This document shows, piece by piece, positions 29,835 through 32,000 of a stretch of 32,000 bases of DNA (positions are counted from its first letter, which is position 1; every line of letters begins with the position of its first letter). Below the pieces are notes generated by a model. That model made no database searches. It was not told the origin of the DNA and saw only the letters and a program-made list of their open reading frames with translations. This DNA is from Desulfocapsa sulfexigens DSM 10523. GTDB taxonomy: Bacteria > Desulfobacterota > Desulfobulbia > Desulfobulbales > Desulfocapsaceae. The stretch covers positions 1,140,001-1,172,000 of the forward strand of contig NC_020304.1 in assembly GCF_000341395.1 (NCBI RefSeq), in the 5' to 3' direction. The translations under genes and the position numbers were made by a program.

Positions 29835-29986
29835 TAGGGAATTTCGTATTTACGCTCGTTTTTATTCGGTTGTCGAAAAACTTCACCTACTACTGACTCC
29901 AAGGGCAGCGCCCGATAGCCTTCCCTGTGCTTTCTGGTCTACTCATCTGAAGAACCATTACCCTACCCTCAACTTCCTGTTAACTA

Positions 29987-31057
29987 ATGACGCAACGACC
30001 CTTACCGGATATCCCTCTCTTTAAGCCAAAAAAAGAAACACTCATTCTGCCTTTATCAACTGAGCTTGCGTTGATTGTTGAGATCACCTTTCTTGGTGTT
30101 GCTGTCCTCCTCTTTCTCATGGGAAAATCATCTCCCTGGAAAGACCTTATTGACAATATCTCTATAAACTTCCTGGCTATTATTGTGGAAGCATTTCCTT
30201 TTATGCTCATCGGTTCCCTTGCAGGGGGGATTATAGAAATGTTTGTATCGGTGACCTGGATAGAAAAGGTTTTCCGGCAGCGAAAAACAAGAGCCGTTTT
30301 CCTGGCAGGTGGTTTGGGGCTATTTTTCCCAGTCTGTGAATGTGCCATTGTACCCGTTGTGAGAAGACTGCTTGGAAAAGGGATTCCTTTTGGAGCCGCT
30401 ATTACCTTCCTGTTGGCAGGGCCTATCGTCAATGTCATTGTGGCTGCTTCCACTGCCATTGCATACAAGTATGATTGGCGCTTTGTTGTTGTCCGTCTGG
30501 CAAGCGGCTACATTATCGCCGTCATTGTCGGCTTGCTGCTCGGTCTATTGTATAACCGGAAAAATGGACTGATTCCTGCCTGGGGGAAAACAGTTCCCTG
30601 TGCCTGTGGTCATAATCATAATGATAAGGCTTTGCCCCTTTTACTTCGATTCCGCCATGCCATAGTACATGCCAGCGATGATTTTTTTGATGTGGGACGG
30701 TACCTTGTCATTGGTGCATTTATTGCTGCTTTGATGCGCAGCACCGTTTCCATGGGAGCTTTTGCCGACCTGATGGCCTCACCGTGGCTGGCCATTATAT
30801 TAATGATGGTAATGGCTGTTATCCTGAATCTCTGCAGTGAGGCAGATGCTTTTATCGCTGCCAGTTTCCGGGATCTTTTACCCGGCAGTGCTCAGATGGC
30901 CTTTATGGTCATGGGGCCGATGCTCGATATTAAATTAATTTTGATGTACTTCAGTGTCTTTCGCAATCGAGTCATTTTGTCACTGATTCTTGTTGTTACG
31001 ACAACGGTATTGCTAGCCATGCTCGCCCTGGAGTACCTTCATATCGGTCTATCATAG
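29987..31057 (+). CDS. PF03773-type (YraQ/SO_0444-like) permease
   Basis: EAFPFMLIGSLAGGIIEMFV, GLFFPVCECAIVPVVRRLLGKGIPFGAAITFLLAGPIVNVIV, LNLCSEADAFIAASF. Confidence 0.87.
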   Translation: MTQRPLPDIPLFKPKKETLILPLSTELALIVEITFLGVAVLLFLMGKSSPWKDLIDNISINFLAIIVEAFPFMLIGSLAGGIIEMFVSVTWIEKVFRQRKTRAVFLAGGLGLFFPVCECAIVPVVRRLLGKGIPFGAAITFLLAGPIVNVIVAASTAIAYKYDWRFVVVRLASGYIIAVIVGLLLGLLYNRKNGLIPAWGKTVPCACGHNHNDKALPLLLRFRHAIVHASDDFFDVGRYLVIGAFIAALMRSTVSMGAFADLMASPWLAIILMMVMAVILNLCSEADAFIAASFRDLLPGSAQMAFMVMGPMLDIKLILMYFSVFRNRVILSLILVVTTTVLLAMLALEYLHIGLS

Positions 31058-31067
31058 GAGAAATATT

Positions 31068-31787
31068 ATGCCGATATTGCTCTATAGCAAACTCTGTCTT
31101 CTTGGAATCTGGGCCCTTTTTTTCTGCTGGCTTGTGACTCTGGGTCAGAAAAATCTTGCCATGCTTCTTCATCCAAGCCTCTGGTGGCTTGTGGCTAGTG
31201 GTACCGTTATTCTGATTCTTTTTTTATTGGTGACCATGAAAAGGCAAATTGCAGAAAGCCGACAAGGTTCACTTGCCATACAGTGGCCCTCCCTCCTTAT
31301 TCTGCTTCTTCCATTGTTATATTTCACTCAAGTTCAGTCTGCACGCTTCAATAGCAGCACGTTTACGTCAAGAATCCTGCAGACGGAAGATGGATTTTTT
31401 CAGGGAAGTTTTGATGAGCAAGTGGCTGCTGAAATAAGAGCGTATGAGAAGGCAAACAAGGAGGTAGGACTGACTGAACTCCTTATGCATGCAGAGAAGT
31501 ATACAGGGAAGGAAGTGGAAGTGGTTTGTCAGACCTTTGTTGATGGACGTTTACCTGATAATCTGGTGATGTGTTATCGGTACCTGATGACCTGCTGTGC
31601 AGCTGATGCCAGGCCGATCTTTATCTTCATTGATCCTCCTGAGGGAACAAATGTTGAAAATGATAAATGGGTTAAAGTTAAAGGCACAGTGACGACAGTA
31701 ACCGGAACCCCTGGGATGGAAGTACCCGCCGTTATACCTGACTCTATACTCTATGTAAAAGAACCGAAATACCCTTATGTCTTTTGA
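31068..31787 (+). CDS. TIGR03943/DUF1980-family (YcgQ-like) protein
   Basis: N-terminal TM helices then YRYLMTCCAADARPIFIFI...WVKVKGTV; SD ataggag; immediately follows the permease. Confidence 0.82.
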   Translation: MPILLYSKLCLLGIWALFFCWLVTLGQKNLAMLLHPSLWWLVASGTVILILFLLVTMKRQIAESRQGSLAIQWPSLLILLLPLLYFTQVQSARFNSSTFTSRILQTEDGFFQGSFDEQVAAEIRAYEKANKEVGLTELLMHAEKYTGKEVEVVCQTFVDGRLPDNLVMCYRYLMTCCAADARPIFIFIDPPEGTNVENDKWVKVKGTVTTVTGTPGMEVPAVIPDSILYVKEPKYPYVF

Positions 31788-31944
31788 TGACTTCAGTCAC
31801 GCCCATATGGAAAGAAACCTTTTCTGATTTAATCCTAGCGCCTAATGTATCTCAATTGCAGCTCGTTTTTACCTCTACAACCGTAAGCTAATTATTGCAA
31901 CGGTACGCAGCTAATAATAATTTTGCATAATGAGAGAAAATAAG

Positions 31945-31977
31945 TTGACCACTCCCTCTCGTGCAACTATGTTGCAC
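31945..31977 (+). promoter_or_regulatory. Candidate promoter (TTGACC-N17-TATGTT) overlapping operator-like GTGCAAC-TAT-GTTGCAC
   Basis: TTGACC 31945-31950, TATGTT 31968-31973, palindrome 31961-31977. Confidence 0.45.
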
Positions 31978-32000
31978 ACAAATTTGTTTGTATTTGACTA

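Noticed and set aside
29791-30024. 77-aa plus-strand ORF overlapping the permease start.
   Set aside because: No SD, no recognisable domain, and it overlaps the putative promoter/operator and the N-terminus of the permease.

Overview
Chromosomal 32 kb window, probably from an anaerobic, sulfate-reducer-like Desulfobacterota bacterium (inferred from protein style only). Recognisable content, left to right: 3' part of a hybrid histidine kinase (open at the left edge); DHA2-type MFS transporter; SDR oxidoreductase; TauE/SafE permease; an amidohydrolase-fold protein split into two frames and lacking all expected metal ligands; pyrC; a Cys-rich 4Fe-4S protein; pstS-pstC-pstA-pstB-phoU (minus strand); a YcbB-like L,D-transpeptidase; a NapH-like polyferredoxin plus DUF362 pair; moxR-DUF58-transglutaminase (TgpA-like) operon; a putative Na+/H+ antiporter; a lysine/glutamate-2,3-aminomutase-like radical SAM gene directly upstream of ectA-ectB-ectC-ask; and a PF03773-type permease plus TIGR03943/DUF1980 pair. 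The ORF track lists PstS (11904..12821) as +, but the bases show it is encoded on the minus strand. Most interesting non-coding signals: a three-block conserved element duplicated upstream of two minus-strand operons (17449-17545 and 21458-21589); a 48-bp near-perfect palindrome made of three 15-bp-spaced units (29630-29677); two matching TGCAA-N5-TTGCA sites overlapping promoter-like sequences on either side of the permease/DUF1980 pair; and a 107-bp imperfect inverted repeat (3981-4087). Most interesting coding signals: the aminomutase-ectoine cluster and the metal-ligand-less split amidohydrolase. No CRISPR array, rRNA, tRNA or transposase was recognised.
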